Source: an uncultured bacterium (GTDB taxonomy: Bacteria; Babelota; Babeliae; Babelales; Babelaceae). Taken from it: a DNA stretch of 64,000 bases. The notes beneath the pieces were generated by a model. The model was not told the DNA's origin and did no database searches. It was given only the letters and a program-made list of their open reading frames with translations. Below are positions 1 to 10,125 of the stretch, piece after piece. Both the position numbers and the translations under genes were made by a program. Where the stretch lies: contig CAVOUX010000004.1 in assembly GCA_963699715.1 (NCBI GenBank), positions 174,346-238,345 on the forward strand, in the 5' to 3' direction. Each line of letters begins with the position of its first letter. Position 1 is the stretch's first letter.

Positions 1-291
1 TCAGAATCATTTGAACATCTCTACAAAAACCCTCAAAATGCGCCCATTTTTAAACATTTTAAACCGGAAAATATCTATATCTCGGGAACGGGAGACTACA
101 TAAAACCGCAACTCGGTATTTATAAGGCTATGATAGAAAAATATAACTTAGATCCAAAAGAATGTATCCTGATCGATGATCAATCAGATAACGTAAGAGC
201 CGCCCGCGCATGCGGATTCATTGGAGTGCAGCTAAAAAATTCCAATTTTAGAGAATTACGAAAAAAGCTTAAAAAATTAGCTGTTCTTTGA
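1..291 (+). CDS. HAD-superfamily hydrolase, C-terminal fragment (5' end lies outside the window)
   Basis: Frame 1 is open from the window edge to TGA at 289-291. The translation ...DPKECILIDDQSDNVRAARACGFIGVQL... matches the HAD motif III/IV region (hhhDD..N..aA..aG). No start codon lies in the window. Confidence 0.5.
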   Translation, partial: SESFEHLYKNPQNAPIFKHFKPENIYISGTGDYIKPQLGIYKAMIEKYNLDPKECILIDDQSDNVRAARACGFIGVQLKNSNFRELRKKLKKLAVL

Positions 292-349
292 TTCAAGCCC
301 CTTGAATTATTTTCTATTTGTGATATTATAATTCTATCACATAAGAGGA

Positions 350-1051
350 ATGCGAGCACTTTCAATGAACAGAACAATTCTTTTCTTATCACTTATCTCT
401 GCATCTTTTACGTTTACAAATCCTACTATAACCCGTTTTTTTCTTATTCGACACGGAAGAACCGATTGGAATGAGCAGGGAAGAATCCAAGGGCATTCAG
501 ATATTCCTCTTAATCAAAAAGGAATACACCAAGCTCTTCATGTTGCAGAACTTCTTTCAAACGAACATGCTATTGATGCCGTTTACTCTTCTGATCTTCA
601 ACGTGCTTTCTCGACTGCACAAGCTATTTCGACGACATGTGGCACACATACACCGATAACTGATCCCCAATTGCGCGAAGCATTCATGGGAGATGCTGAA
701 GGTATGTATGCCGATGAGTATCAACAAAAATATTCAGACTTAGAATTACAATTAAATTCTCAATACCCCGATTTGCATGAACGATGGAAATATCATGTGG
801 TCAGCAACGCTGAAACAAAAGCCGCTATTTTGCAAAGGATCGAAACTTCTTTGAAAAATATGGCATTGAATCATAGCGGACAAAAAGTTGTTGTTGTCAC
901 GCATGGTGGTGTTATTAAAACACTTATCCAGCACTACACGAATCAACTCGTGAGTACTTCAAATTGCTGCATTGCAGAATTTGTGTATGATCATACCAAC
1001 AATTCCTTATCATTTGTTACATTGCAACATACTAATCAGTACTCTGAATAA
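350..1051 (+). CDS. Histidine phosphatase superfamily protein (phosphoglycerate-mutase-like), with N-terminal signal peptide
   Basis: 233-aa ORF. It has the RHGxTxWN catalytic motif (FLIRHGRTDWNEQGRIQGHSD) near the N-terminus after a hydrophobic leader. It ends at TAA. Confidence 0.7.
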   Translation: MRALSMNRTILFLSLISASFTFTNPTITRFFLIRHGRTDWNEQGRIQGHSDIPLNQKGIHQALHVAELLSNEHAIDAVYSSDLQRAFSTAQAISTTCGTHTPITDPQLREAFMGDAEGMYADEYQQKYSDLELQLNSQYPDLHERWKYHVVSNAETKAAILQRIETSLKNMALNHSGQKVVVVTHGGVIKTLIQHYTNQLVSTSNCCIAEFVYDHTNNSLSFVTLQHTNQYSE

Positions 1052-1107
1052 ACTGTGAAATTACTCAATAAAAAATAAGATGAAAACGTTTTTTTTATAA
1101 CATTAAA

Positions 1108-1660
1108 ATTCTAGGCCTTCGCGGCCAGCGCCCGGGGACGGTTCATGCCACCATCCCCAAGACCTCCGCCGTCGTTAAAACTATGGCGGACTTCGCCCGG
1201 CACTGTTCCTCGCCTACCCTCCGAAGTTTTAACGTAGGAGAGGCCCCTATCTACCGCGCATATTCACGGATGTCGAAGCCCTGGGCTTCTCCACCTGCTC
1301 AAATGCGCTCAAGGGACTTTCTATTCAATAAAAAAAATAATAAATAATTCGAGGTAACTGATAAATCAAAGGAATCTGATGCGGCTCTTTTGTGTGAGGC
1401 AGGTCCCGAACATTCGTAAGAATGTGAAGACGCCGAGTCAGAGCCGAGGGTTCCAAGGGCTTGCCCTGGCATGTGGGGTTGCAAGGGGTGGGTCATGATA
1501 CCCGCCCGCTTGCCGCTGGCCGCGCAGGCCATTCGAAAAACACTGATTTATGGCAATTGCAGATAATTAGCCGAATTACAGGCAATGGGGTGGCCCGCTC
1601 TTGTCCGGCGAAACTGCCTTGTGAAAGCGGATGCCGCAGGCCGCGTAGGCCGAATAAGCA
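1108..1660. repeat. GC-rich (about 60% GC) non-coding element, copy A. It has imperfect terminal inverted repeats (aggccttcgcggccagcg ... cgcaggccgcgtaggccg). An inverted, diverged (about 85% in the core) copy sits at about 14450-14890.
   Basis: Direct comparison: 1270-1530 aligns to the reverse complement of 14540-14800 (e.g. gggtcatgatacccgcccgcttgccgctgg vs gggtcatgatacccgcccgctggtcgctgg). Base composition is sharply different from the surrounding AT-rich DNA. There is no credible ORF. Confidence 0.6.
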
Positions 1661-1790
1661 ACAACTGATCGCACAAGCCATTAAAACATCTTTTTATAAA
1701 CATTATTTTCATCAAAAGTTAAGCTGAAAGTCCTCGACTTTCATCACAAACCTTATATTCTAATGAGTCAGAAATAAAAAAGTGATGTAG

Positions 1791-3116
1791 ATGAAAGCGC
1801 GAATGATTTTTTGTATCATACTGTTTCTTTTGTTCTCTTTAGCAGCGTCCGCCCAAGAAAAAGATCAAGGCTTGCGCGGCAGAATTCCTGGTCTTGCTTT
1901 AAAAATAACACCCCAGGAAATTAAAGAATATGATCTGCTTCCGTATGGCTACGCACAGCTCAGTAATTCATATGACACGCGGCAGCTCTTTGGTGACAAT
2001 GAAGTCCTGGGAACCTTCTTCCCCAAACCGATCGTCCTCGATCCACGGGGACATGATATCAATGATCATCCTGAATTTCGAATGGTCGTAACGCAATCAA
2101 CCATAGGTCTGCTCGCACGCGGACCTAACTGGGATTCGGTAAAAACGTTTGCCACCCTCGAAACAGATTTTCTTGGTGAATCAATATCATCTATCGGCTG
2201 CATGCATGTGCGTCATCTTTTTTCATTTCTTGATTGGCAAAAAGGCTCCTTGTTGATGGGACAATACTGGCACCCCCTTGCACTCCCTCAGTGCTGGCCG
2301 GGAGTGGTTAACTTTAACGGTGGTGCACCTTTTGAAATATTTTCTCGCGATCCGCAAATACGTCTTACTCAGCGCTTCGATGGCATTGAGATAATGGCAT
2401 CCGTCGCAAGTCAATTTGATTTTACCAGTAACGGTCCATTTGGACCAACGCGGCTCTATATTGAAAGAGCCGTCATTCCAAATATAGACGCGCAGATACA
2501 TCTTATCGGTGACAGCTATTTTGGCGGCGTTGCATTTGATTATAAGCGATTAAAACCGCGTCTGGTAAGCAACAAACATTACAATGTGCATGAACACATT
2601 GACAGCTTTCTGGCCCAAGCATTTTTAAAACTTAACGTCACGGAATCATTGAGCTTACGAATGAAAGGTATTTGGGGACAAAATGCTAATGATCTTGGAC
2701 TTATTAGCGGATTTGGGGTAAAAACGGTCAATCCCATCACTGATGCAAGAACCTATGCAAACACCGCTGCTGCGTCTGGATGGTTTGACGTCACCTACTT
2801 TTTTGATAAAGAACAAAAGTATCAACTTGGCCTGTTTGTGGCATATGCAAAAAATCTTGGTTCTCAGCAAAAATTGTTTATCGATCCCAAGACAAAGCTT
2901 CCCATTATTTATGCATTAAGTGGCGTATCTCAAAATATTGATGATCTTTTTCGAATTTCTCCCCGGTATATTATCCAGCATAATCCGTTTTTAATTAGTT
3001 TTGAGCTTGAGTTTACACAAACGGCATGGGGGCATCCCAATGAGAGGGGAAAAGTTATCCATGCAAAAAATGCCAATAACGTGCGGCTCCTTGCTCAGAT
3101 AAACTATGTGTTTTGA
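1791..3116 (+). CDS. Outer-membrane beta-barrel protein (porin/major OMP-like), paralog 1
   Basis: 441 aa with signal peptide MKARMIFCIILFLLFSLAASA. The extreme C-terminus NYVF has a terminal Phe typical of OM beta-barrels. It is about 45% identical along its full length to the next gene. Confidence 0.65.
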   Translation: MKARMIFCIILFLLFSLAASAQEKDQGLRGRIPGLALKITPQEIKEYDLLPYGYAQLSNSYDTRQLFGDNEVLGTFFPKPIVLDPRGHDINDHPEFRMVVTQSTIGLLARGPNWDSVKTFATLETDFLGESISSIGCMHVRHLFSFLDWQKGSLLMGQYWHPLALPQCWPGVVNFNGGAPFEIFSRDPQIRLTQRFDGIEIMASVASQFDFTSNGPFGPTRLYIERAVIPNIDAQIHLIGDSYFGGVAFDYKRLKPRLVSNKHYNVHEHIDSFLAQAFLKLNVTESLSLRMKGIWGQNANDLGLISGFGVKTVNPITDARTYANTAAASGWFDVTYFFDKEQKYQLGLFVAYAKNLGSQQKLFIDPKTKLPIIYALSGVSQNIDDLFRISPRYIIQHNPFLISFELEFTQTAWGHPNERGKVIHAKNANNVRLLAQINYVF

Positions 3117-3126
3117 AAGTCAAAAA

Positions 3127-4440
3127 ATGAAAAGATACGCTATTTTATTTTGCTTGATACCAACGCTCATGCATGCGAGCATGGAGCACATGGTAACCGA
3201 TGGGTTGCGAGGACGTATCCCAGGCCTTTCATTAAAAGTAGAACCTCATGAATTAGATGAATACACCATTCGTCCTTATGGTGACGTCCAAATGGGCACC
3301 ATCTGGGACTCACGAGTCGTCTACGGCCAATCTGAGGAACTCGGCTCACTTTTTCCCGCCCCCATCATTATTGGGAAAAATGGAGAAGACATTAATACCC
3401 ATCCACACTTTCACATGTCAATTACCCCAACCACTTTTGGTCTTTTGATTCGCGGCCCGGACATAACCTCAGGATCAACATTTGGAGCAATCGAAACTGA
3501 TTTTAGAGGATCAGATCCTTCAGTAATAGGATGCCTTCACGTGAGGCATGCTTTTGGGATGGCAAGTTGGAAGGATGGCTATGTATTATTCGGTCAGTTT
3601 TGGCATCCTCTGGTTGTCCCACAATGTTGGCCCCATGTTATCAGTTTTAATGGCGGTGCACCTTTTGAAACTATTGCACGCGATCCTCAATTTCGCATGG
3701 TCAAACGGTTTGATAACCTAACTTGCATTCTGGCTATGGCAGGTCAGAGAGATTATGCGAGCAATGGACCATTGGGAAAATCACCGGAATACATCAGAGA
3801 TGCTGTTATACCTAATCTTCATGGGCAACTACGCTATTATGGAGAATCATATCTTTGTGGAGCAGCATTCGACTACAAAAGACTCAAACCACGGCTCGTG
3901 AGCGCCAAAAATTTTGATGTACATGAACATATTGATAGCTTCATTGCAGAAGCATATATGCGCGTCGATTTTGATCATTCAAATATTAGACTCAAAGGAA
4001 TATGGGCCCAAAATGCAAATGATCAAGGTCTTATAAGTGGCTTTGGCATAAAAACCATTAACCCCGTAACTCAGCAAGAAACCTATGCTAACACAGCAGC
4101 CGCTTCATTCTGGATTGATAGTTCATACTTTTTTACAGAGCATTTTAGGATTGGTCTTTTTGGAGCTTATGCAAAAAACCTGGGCTCATTCAAAAAGCTT
4201 TATATCGATCCAACAACAAAAGAACCGATCATTTACGCACTGCTTGGCGTGTCTCAAAACATTGATCAACTTTTTCGCATTTCTCCACGCGTGGTTTTTG
4301 AAAAACAACCATTTCTTATTGCTTTTGAACTTGAATATATCAATGCTTCATGGGGAAAGCCAAATGAATTTGGCAAGGTTGAGCGTGCTCGACCTGTAGG
4401 TAATGTTCGATTCGTAGCACAGATTAACTATGTGTTTTAA
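3127..4440 (+). CDS. Outer-membrane beta-barrel protein (porin/major OMP-like), paralog 2 (tandem duplicate)
   Basis: Start chosen at MKRYAILFCLIPTLMHAS (signal peptide), not at the overlapping ATG at 3106. The shared motifs are LRGRIPGL, GGAPFE, FDYKRLKPRLVS, LKGIWGQNANDQGLISGFG and a C-terminal NYVF. Confidence 0.65.
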   Translation: MKRYAILFCLIPTLMHASMEHMVTDGLRGRIPGLSLKVEPHELDEYTIRPYGDVQMGTIWDSRVVYGQSEELGSLFPAPIIIGKNGEDINTHPHFHMSITPTTFGLLIRGPDITSGSTFGAIETDFRGSDPSVIGCLHVRHAFGMASWKDGYVLFGQFWHPLVVPQCWPHVISFNGGAPFETIARDPQFRMVKRFDNLTCILAMAGQRDYASNGPLGKSPEYIRDAVIPNLHGQLRYYGESYLCGAAFDYKRLKPRLVSAKNFDVHEHIDSFIAEAYMRVDFDHSNIRLKGIWAQNANDQGLISGFGIKTINPVTQQETYANTAAASFWIDSSYFFTEHFRIGLFGAYAKNLGSFKKLYIDPTTKEPIIYALLGVSQNIDQLFRISPRVVFEKQPFLIAFELEYINASWGKPNEFGKVERARPVGNVRFVAQINYVF

Positions 4441-4708
4441 AGATTTACCAGCGTATAGGGATAATCTTACCTTGGAAAAATGTCAAAAACTCGAGATGAA
4501 GAGTTATTTTGCTCACACCACTGTTGCAAAACTTTTGTCCGGCAATTTTGAATTTATTTTTAATTTGTGTTATTTTAAGAAGAATTAAAACAAATTAATC
4601 TCAACTTTAGTCAGGGGCAGGGAAGTCAAGTCCCAATTTTTGTGTACTTTCAACTTCGTGATTTAAGACATGGAATGATTTCAATTTAGTTGAGTTGTTG
4701 CGCAGCTT

Positions 4709-5973
4709 TTTAAGCAAGCACCAACAGCACACCCGAAGGGTGTCATATCCTGTTTCATTTATGTGTCGGCATCGTCACCTCATACATGCATATCAATATA
4801 CTTTCTATTGCCCCAACTCTCTGATATTTCCTGACATATCGCGCTCGAGAGCCTCAGGCAACTATCCGCATTGGGGAAGATGCGCACCACCCGAGACCTT
4901 CTTTTCAATTCTTGATTAAGCCGCTCCAGCATATTGGTCGACTTCATTTTTTTGCGATGTTCAGGTGGCAATTCAACCACGGTCAATGTTTCCTCAACAT
5001 TCTCTTCAAGCCATTGCACTACCGATTCTTTTCTCTTGCTGAGTAAGAACGCATAGACTTTTTGTAGCCGAGCCATTGCATCCTCTTTCGTTTCAGCAGC
5101 AAACACGTCTTGCATAAGTCTTATGGTAAGTGGCTGATCAACCTTGGCAAGCTTGTCTATAAGGTTGCGCATGAAGTGTACCTGACACCGTTGTTGTTTC
5201 ACTTCCTGGAAGTACTTTCCCAGCGCCTTGCGGAGCCCCTTGTTATCATCAGTCACGACATACTCAACCCCAGTCAGACCTCTTTCTTTCAGTCCTTTAA
5301 AGCAATCATCCCAAGCCTCGTATGATTCACTGTTGACCACCCAACAACCTATCACTTCTCGTATCCCTTCATGCGTGATGCCAATCACCACCACAACTGC
5401 CTTACTGATAACAGAGCCATTCTCGCGTACTTTTTCATATCGCGCATCAATAACCAAGTATCGATATGATATGTTGAGTGGCCGCTCTCGCCATTCCTGC
5501 AGATCATGATCAAGCTGACATACCAGCCTACTGACCTGGCTTTTGGATATGGATGTCCCACTCAGCTCTTGCATGATATGATTCACTTTGCGGGTACTCA
5601 CACCCCTGAAGTACATCTCTGCTATCACAAGCATCAATGCTTTTTCGCTTCTTTGGTATCTGTCAAAGAGCTCAGGCTGGAACTCCCCTTCACGATCGCG
5701 GCACACTGCCAGTGTCAAGGCGCCCACCCGTGTGCTCAGCTGCCTTGTGTAGTGGCCGTTTCGGTATCCTTTTCTGGAATCTGTCCGCTCATATGCTTGA
5801 GCTCCTATAAACTTGTCAAAGTCGGCTTCAAGTACTTCCTGGCAGATCTTATTGATCATCTCGCGCATAAAATCATCCTGATTGATCAATGCTTCTTGCC
5901 ATCTCTTCGTTCTCTTGGTACCATCCATATTGGGCTTTCTTCCTTGGTGTTTGTGTTGTTGTTATTATCTTAA
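4709..5973 (-). mobile_element. IS256-family insertion sequence (about 1.26 kb) with imperfect ~30-bp terminal inverted repeats
   Basis: Left end ttaagcaagcaccaacagcacacccgaagg (4709-4739). Its reverse complement resembles the right end ccttggtgtttgtgttgttgttattatcttaa (5942-5973). It encloses a single transposase ORF. Confidence 0.7.
4780..5928 (-). CDS. IS256-family (Mutator-like) transposase
   Basis: 382 aa. Carries the IS256 signature region ...MYFRGVSTRKVNHIMQEL... and a DDE core. Single uninterrupted ORF. Confidence 0.9.
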   Translation of the reverse strand: MDGTKRTKRWQEALINQDDFMREMINKICQEVLEADFDKFIGAQAYERTDSRKGYRNGHYTRQLSTRVGALTLAVCRDREGEFQPELFDRYQRSEKALMLVIAEMYFRGVSTRKVNHIMQELSGTSISKSQVSRLVCQLDHDLQEWRERPLNISYRYLVIDARYEKVRENGSVISKAVVVVIGITHEGIREVIGCWVVNSESYEAWDDCFKGLKERGLTGVEYVVTDDNKGLRKALGKYFQEVKQQRCQVHFMRNLIDKLAKVDQPLTIRLMQDVFAAETKEDAMARLQKVYAFLLSKRKESVVQWLEENVEETLTVVELPPEHRKKMKSTNMLERLNQELKRRSRVVRIFPNADSCLRLSSAICQEISESWGNRKYIDMHV

Positions 5974-6055
5974 CACGAAGGTTGATGGCCCTCTTCTGCT
6001 TTTATGCTCGGGCCAATTTACACAATTTTATGGGCTTTATCGGGCAGGGACTTTT

Positions 6056-6298
6056 ATGACAGATTTTCTATCATCTCCATTTACAAAATTATTTCTTCTA
6101 ATTCTTATGAGCGCACTGAATTCGACTTTTTCTATAGTTAAAATTCCCAAAACGTTTATATCGCGCCAGACACCATTTTGTGTAATTGCAGCTACTACTC
6201 CCATTATGGCCATGACAGGTTTTCTAGTCATTCAGCTCTTTAACGAATATAAAAGACAAGAAAAAGCTATGGCAAAAAAGAGCGAAAGCATCCGGTGA
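6056..6298 (+). CDS. Small hydrophobic ORF (about 80 aa). Possible membrane protein, or a gene remnant caught between two IS elements.
   Basis: ATG at 6056. Two hydrophobic segments. Its stop TGA lies inside the 10-bp target duplication of the IS4-like element. Weak support. Confidence 0.25.
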   Translation: MTDFLSSPFTKLFLLILMSALNSTFSIVKIPKTFISRQTPFCVIAATTPIMAMTGFLVIQLFNEYKRQEKAMAKKSESIR

Positions 6299-6303
6299 AA
6301 TAT

Positions 6304-7456
6304 CTTAACACCTGACATTTTTTAAGAATATCCATAAAGCAGTAATAGAAGCGAATAACAAAACAGCATGAATCAATTTTCTGATTCCTGATTTAAAGAG
6401 AGAAGTTAGACTTCTAAGTTCTTTTTTTTTGAAGGCTGTATTTTATATTCGCGTGGTTGCATACCTGTTGAGACAGCCCAGAAACAAGCGATAGTCAATA
6501 CAAGTATCAAGCGCTCAATGCGATCAGCATGACGCAACTGTGTTTTGGTTATGCCAAAGCCTCGAGTTTTAAGATCTGAGAAGAGAGCTTCGATTCCCCA
6601 TCGAAGACTATAGTCCAACGCTTTTGCTGCAGATGGTACTGCATCCATAGCGATGATCCATGGTTCAGGATGACCATCTTCCTGAATAACACCAATATTA
6701 GTAACAACGTTTCCTGAATTAAGTTTAGCTTGAGTAAGGGAAGGAAGACCAAGCTTAAGAAGTTCTCCGGTAACAAGCTCACCACCCTTGTGATGAAGAA
6801 TAAGATTATTTTTTAATCGGATACGATATCCCCATTTTAAAGATTGGCAAAGAGCTATTAATGAAGCTGTTCCATAGAATCGATCAGCCATCAATATAAC
6901 ATTTAGTTTTAAAGGCAGCATTTTTGCAACTTCTTCAAGAAGTTGCTTTTGGATAGTGAATCCAATCTCTCCTTCAGTTTCAATAACACGCCATGCTACT
7001 GGCATTGCTCTTCCATTCATATGTAAGGAAACCATCAAGCATTCAAACCCATCGCTTATTTTACTTTGGTCAAGCATAAGCACAACTTTCTGACCCTGCG
7101 CACTCACCAACTCCATGATCTCTGGTATAAAACCATGCATGACTCTGATTGGATTGATATGCTTGTTGCTCAGCCATCTATTGATAAATCGATAACGCTC
7201 TTCATCGCTTTTTACTTCACGCGGCAATATATTTGCAAGTTCACTTGTGTTAATAGAACGTGTTACTATTACAGCAGCTGCTATATCTGCGAGTCCTGCC
7301 GCTTGTGGTTTGCTCAATCCTGTATCACGACCTTCTAAATCATCATTAATTATTTCCGATAGGTGTCTCACACCGCCATCTTTTCTTCTCACAACTCTCT
7401 CCTAAAAAGATTCTATCTCCTTTTAGAAGATCTCATATTTTTTGTCAGGTGTTAAG
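6304..7456 (-). mobile_element. IS4/IS5-like insertion sequence (1153 bp) with 14-bp perfect terminal IRs and a 10-bp target-site duplication
   Basis: Left IR cttaacacctgaca (6304-6317). Right IR tgtcaggtgttaag (7443-7456). The direct repeat ggtgaaatat immediately flanks both ends (6294-6303 and 7457-7466). Confidence 0.8.
6406..7392 (-). CDS. DDE transposase (IS4/IS5 superfamily)
   Basis: 328-aa single ORF inside the IR-bounded element. Its DDE_Tnp_1-like blocks are LMLDQSKISDGF, ILMADRFYG and WGIEALFSDLKTRGFGI. Confidence 0.75.
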   Translation of the reverse strand: MRRKDGGVRHLSEIINDDLEGRDTGLSKPQAAGLADIAAAVIVTRSINTSELANILPREVKSDEERYRFINRWLSNKHINPIRVMHGFIPEIMELVSAQGQKVVLMLDQSKISDGFECLMVSLHMNGRAMPVAWRVIETEGEIGFTIQKQLLEEVAKMLPLKLNVILMADRFYGTASLIALCQSLKWGYRIRLKNNLILHHKGGELVTGELLKLGLPSLTQAKLNSGNVVTNIGVIQEDGHPEPWIIAMDAVPSAAKALDYSLRWGIEALFSDLKTRGFGITKTQLRHADRIERLILVLTIACFWAVSTGMQPREYKIQPSKKKNLEV

Positions 7457-7532
7457 GGTGAAATATTGATTTTCTGGTAATTTTGGCTTTTTGGCGATAT
7501 ACTATATCGTAAAATTTTAACCAGCACAAATC

Positions 7533-8866
7533 ATGAAAAAAATTGGGATATGGGGCTTAGGGGTCGGTGGAACTTCGGTTATTCGATACTTTTTAGCTCA
7601 GGGATACAAGAATCTTGGTGTCTATGACAAACGTCCCCTGAACGAAAGCGAGCGCGCTTTTCTCGCTGCAAACGAGATCGCTCTTTTTGATATCAAAGAG
7701 CTTGATGAGTTCCTCTCTTCATATGACTTCATTATTCCGAGTGCCGGAATTGATTTGCGCCCTTATACTCATTATGAACATAAATGGATAAGTGAGGTTG
7801 ATCTCTTTGCGCAAGCACATAAAAATCCTCTTATTGCCATAACTGGTACTCTTGGAAAAACAACCGTCACCCATCTTTTATCACATCTGTTAAATTCTGC
7901 AGGGTTGTCTGTGGCATCAGGAGGTAATATCGGTATTGGTATGCTCGACTTAGCAGAAATGAAAACCGACTACACAGTCCTTGAGTTATCAAGCTTTCAA
8001 CTGGATATAACTAAAAAACTTGCCCCCGACCTTGCTGTTATTACCAATGTGTATCCAAATCATCTTGATAGACATGGAACCATGCAAGCGTACATTGATG
8101 CAAAATATGCGCTTATAAAGAATCAAAGTAAAAATCAAAAAGCCCTTATTCACGCGGATCTTTACCCGCTCATAAAAGCACGCAACCCTCGTGCGGAACT
8201 TCGTATCTTTTCTGAATCCAAGCCACATTTTGACAGTGAGCATTCTTACTACTTTGAGAATGATCACACCATCATCTTTGAACAGAGGGGCAACAAAAAA
8301 GAATACCCATCAACCTGCCAACAAATTCCTATCCACTTAATTGGCTCACCGTTATTGCTGCTCTTGATATACTTGAGCTCAACATTCCTGACCTGAAAAA
8401 CCTGCCGATTGAACTTCCCGCACATCGATTACACCATGTTGCATGCATCGAAGGGATTGATTTTTATGATGATTCAAAATCAACGGTACCTCAGGCCACC
8501 ATGGCTGCTGTAAGCAAACTGAGCACTCGTCCTGTCATAATTCTCATGGGCGGGATGGGCAAAGGCGTTAATCGAGAACCGTTGATTGAATCCCTTGCGA
8601 GCACCATAAAAAAAGCTCACTTTTTCGGTGCCGAAGCTGCTCAACTTCATGATTATGCCCATCGTTATAAACTTTCATCACAAATGCATCAAACACTTGA
8701 TGATGCATTCGCTGCTGCCATGAAGGACGCACAAACCAACGACCAAATACTTCTTTCGCCGGCTGGCGCAAGTTATGATCTTTATAAAAATTATCAAGAT
8801 CGCGGAAATGCCTTCATGCAACTTATTTTTGATTATCAAAAAAGAAAGTTGTCGACAAAATCTTGA
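7533..8866 (+). CDS. murD: UDP-N-acetylmuramoyl-L-alanine--D-glutamate ligase (MurD). The reading frame is broken by a 1-nt indel near 8325-8335.
   Basis: N-terminal part (7533-8396) has GIWGLGVGGTSVIRYF and IAITGTLGKTTVTHLL (Mur ligase P-loop). The continuation in another frame runs NWLTVIAALDIL...HRLHHVACIEGIDFYDDSKST...LLSPAGASYDLYKNYQDRGNAF. The shift maps to cacttaa(a)ttgg, an A-run. Confidence 0.85.
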
Positions 8867-8908
8867 CCTCGAGACGACAGCACGTTAAAGTTACGAGCAG
8901 CAAGTTTA

Positions 8909-10020
8909 ATGAGAGCAGTAATGAATCAAGCACCATCAAAAACACTTTTTGTTTTTTTAACTGTTATAGCCCTCCTTATAGTTATTGGGTTTGTTTTTAT
9001 CTATTCATCAAGTTCAATATTTGCCCTTGAACGGACGGGAATTCCTCACTATTTTGTTATTAAACAGTTCTTTGGCTTTATGGTAGGAATCATAGGATTA
9101 ATTCTTGGCAGAATGATCCCTTTGCAATGGATAAAAAAAGGTTCACCCTATTTCTTTATTGGAGCACTTTTATTGACGGCATTGACCTTTGTGCCACATA
9201 TTGGCGTTACCATTCATGGCTCGCGACGATGGATATCATTATTTGGATTTGCTTTTCAGCCCAGCGAACTTTTAAAAATCACGCTTATCTTGTATCTTGC
9301 CTATATCCTTGATAAAAAACAATATTCATTAAAATCATTTATATATGGCTATCTTCCCTTTTTGTGCATCCTTGGTGTATCCGCCCTTATATTTTTAAAA
9401 CAACCTGATTTTGGACAAACAGTCACTATTTGCATCATGGCATTACTACTCTTTTTTATCGCTCAAGTGAATCAAAAGCATCTTTTGGCAACGATTATAC
9501 CATTAATTCCGCTTACTGCATTACTTGTGTATCTTAAACCCTACCGATTTCGCAGAATTTTAATTTTTTTAAATCCATGGCGAGATCCACAAGGAGCAGG
9601 ATTTCAAATCATTCAATCATTAATTGCCATTGGCTCGGGAGGATTTTGGGGGTCGGCATTGGGAATTCTAAGCAAAAATTTTTTTATCTCCCTATGCAGC
9701 ACACAGACTTCATTTTTTCTATTATTGCTGAAGAAACGGGCTTTCTTGGTGTATTAGTACTCATCATGTTGTATTTGCTTTTTCTTTATAGCGGCCTCAA
9801 ATTGGCGGGAATTTTAAAAAATCCATTTTCCTCATATGTCATCTTAGGATTTGTGTTATTGACAAGTATCCAAGCATTAATAAATATGTGCGTTGCTACC
9901 AGTTTGCTTCCAACCAAAGGAATTGGATTGCCTTTTGTTAGTTACGGCAATTCAGCGCTCACTTGTGGGATGGCCATGATTGGCGTCATTATCAACTGTG
10001 TTACCTCTGAAAAAAATTAA
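8909..10020 (+). CDS. ftsW: Peptidoglycan glycosyltransferase FtsW (SEDS family). The frame is broken by a 1-nt deletion in a G5 run at about 9645.
   Basis: Ten predicted TM segments. The conserved motifs ...AIGSGGFWG and, in the +1 frame, VGIGNSKQKFFYLPMQHTDFIFSIIAEETGFLG are present. Inserting one G in ttttggggg restores a single about 370-aa ORF. Confidence 0.85.
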
Positions 10021-10125
10021 TCGACTTTTCATATGCATTTATTCTTGCGGAGAGACTGGTAATTTTGATTAAATTATTTTATGGTTGATAGCAGTTTGCA
10101 ACCCATACCTGAGAGGACGAAAAAC

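Noticed and set aside
180-392. 70-aa minus-strand ORF
   Set aside because: Antisense to the HAD-hydrolase 3' end and the histidine-phosphatase start. No coding signal.
1100-1700. rRNA fragment or known ribozyme, as an explanation for the GC-rich elements
   Set aside because: No match to conserved rRNA, RNase P, tmRNA or group II intron domain V motifs could be recognised by eye. Left open for an Rfam search.
1299-1727. ORFs of 62-88 aa on both strands inside the GC-rich element, plus 14451-14690
   Set aside because: They lie entirely within the GC-rich repeat, where long ORFs arise by chance. No RBS and no conservation between the two copies at the protein level.
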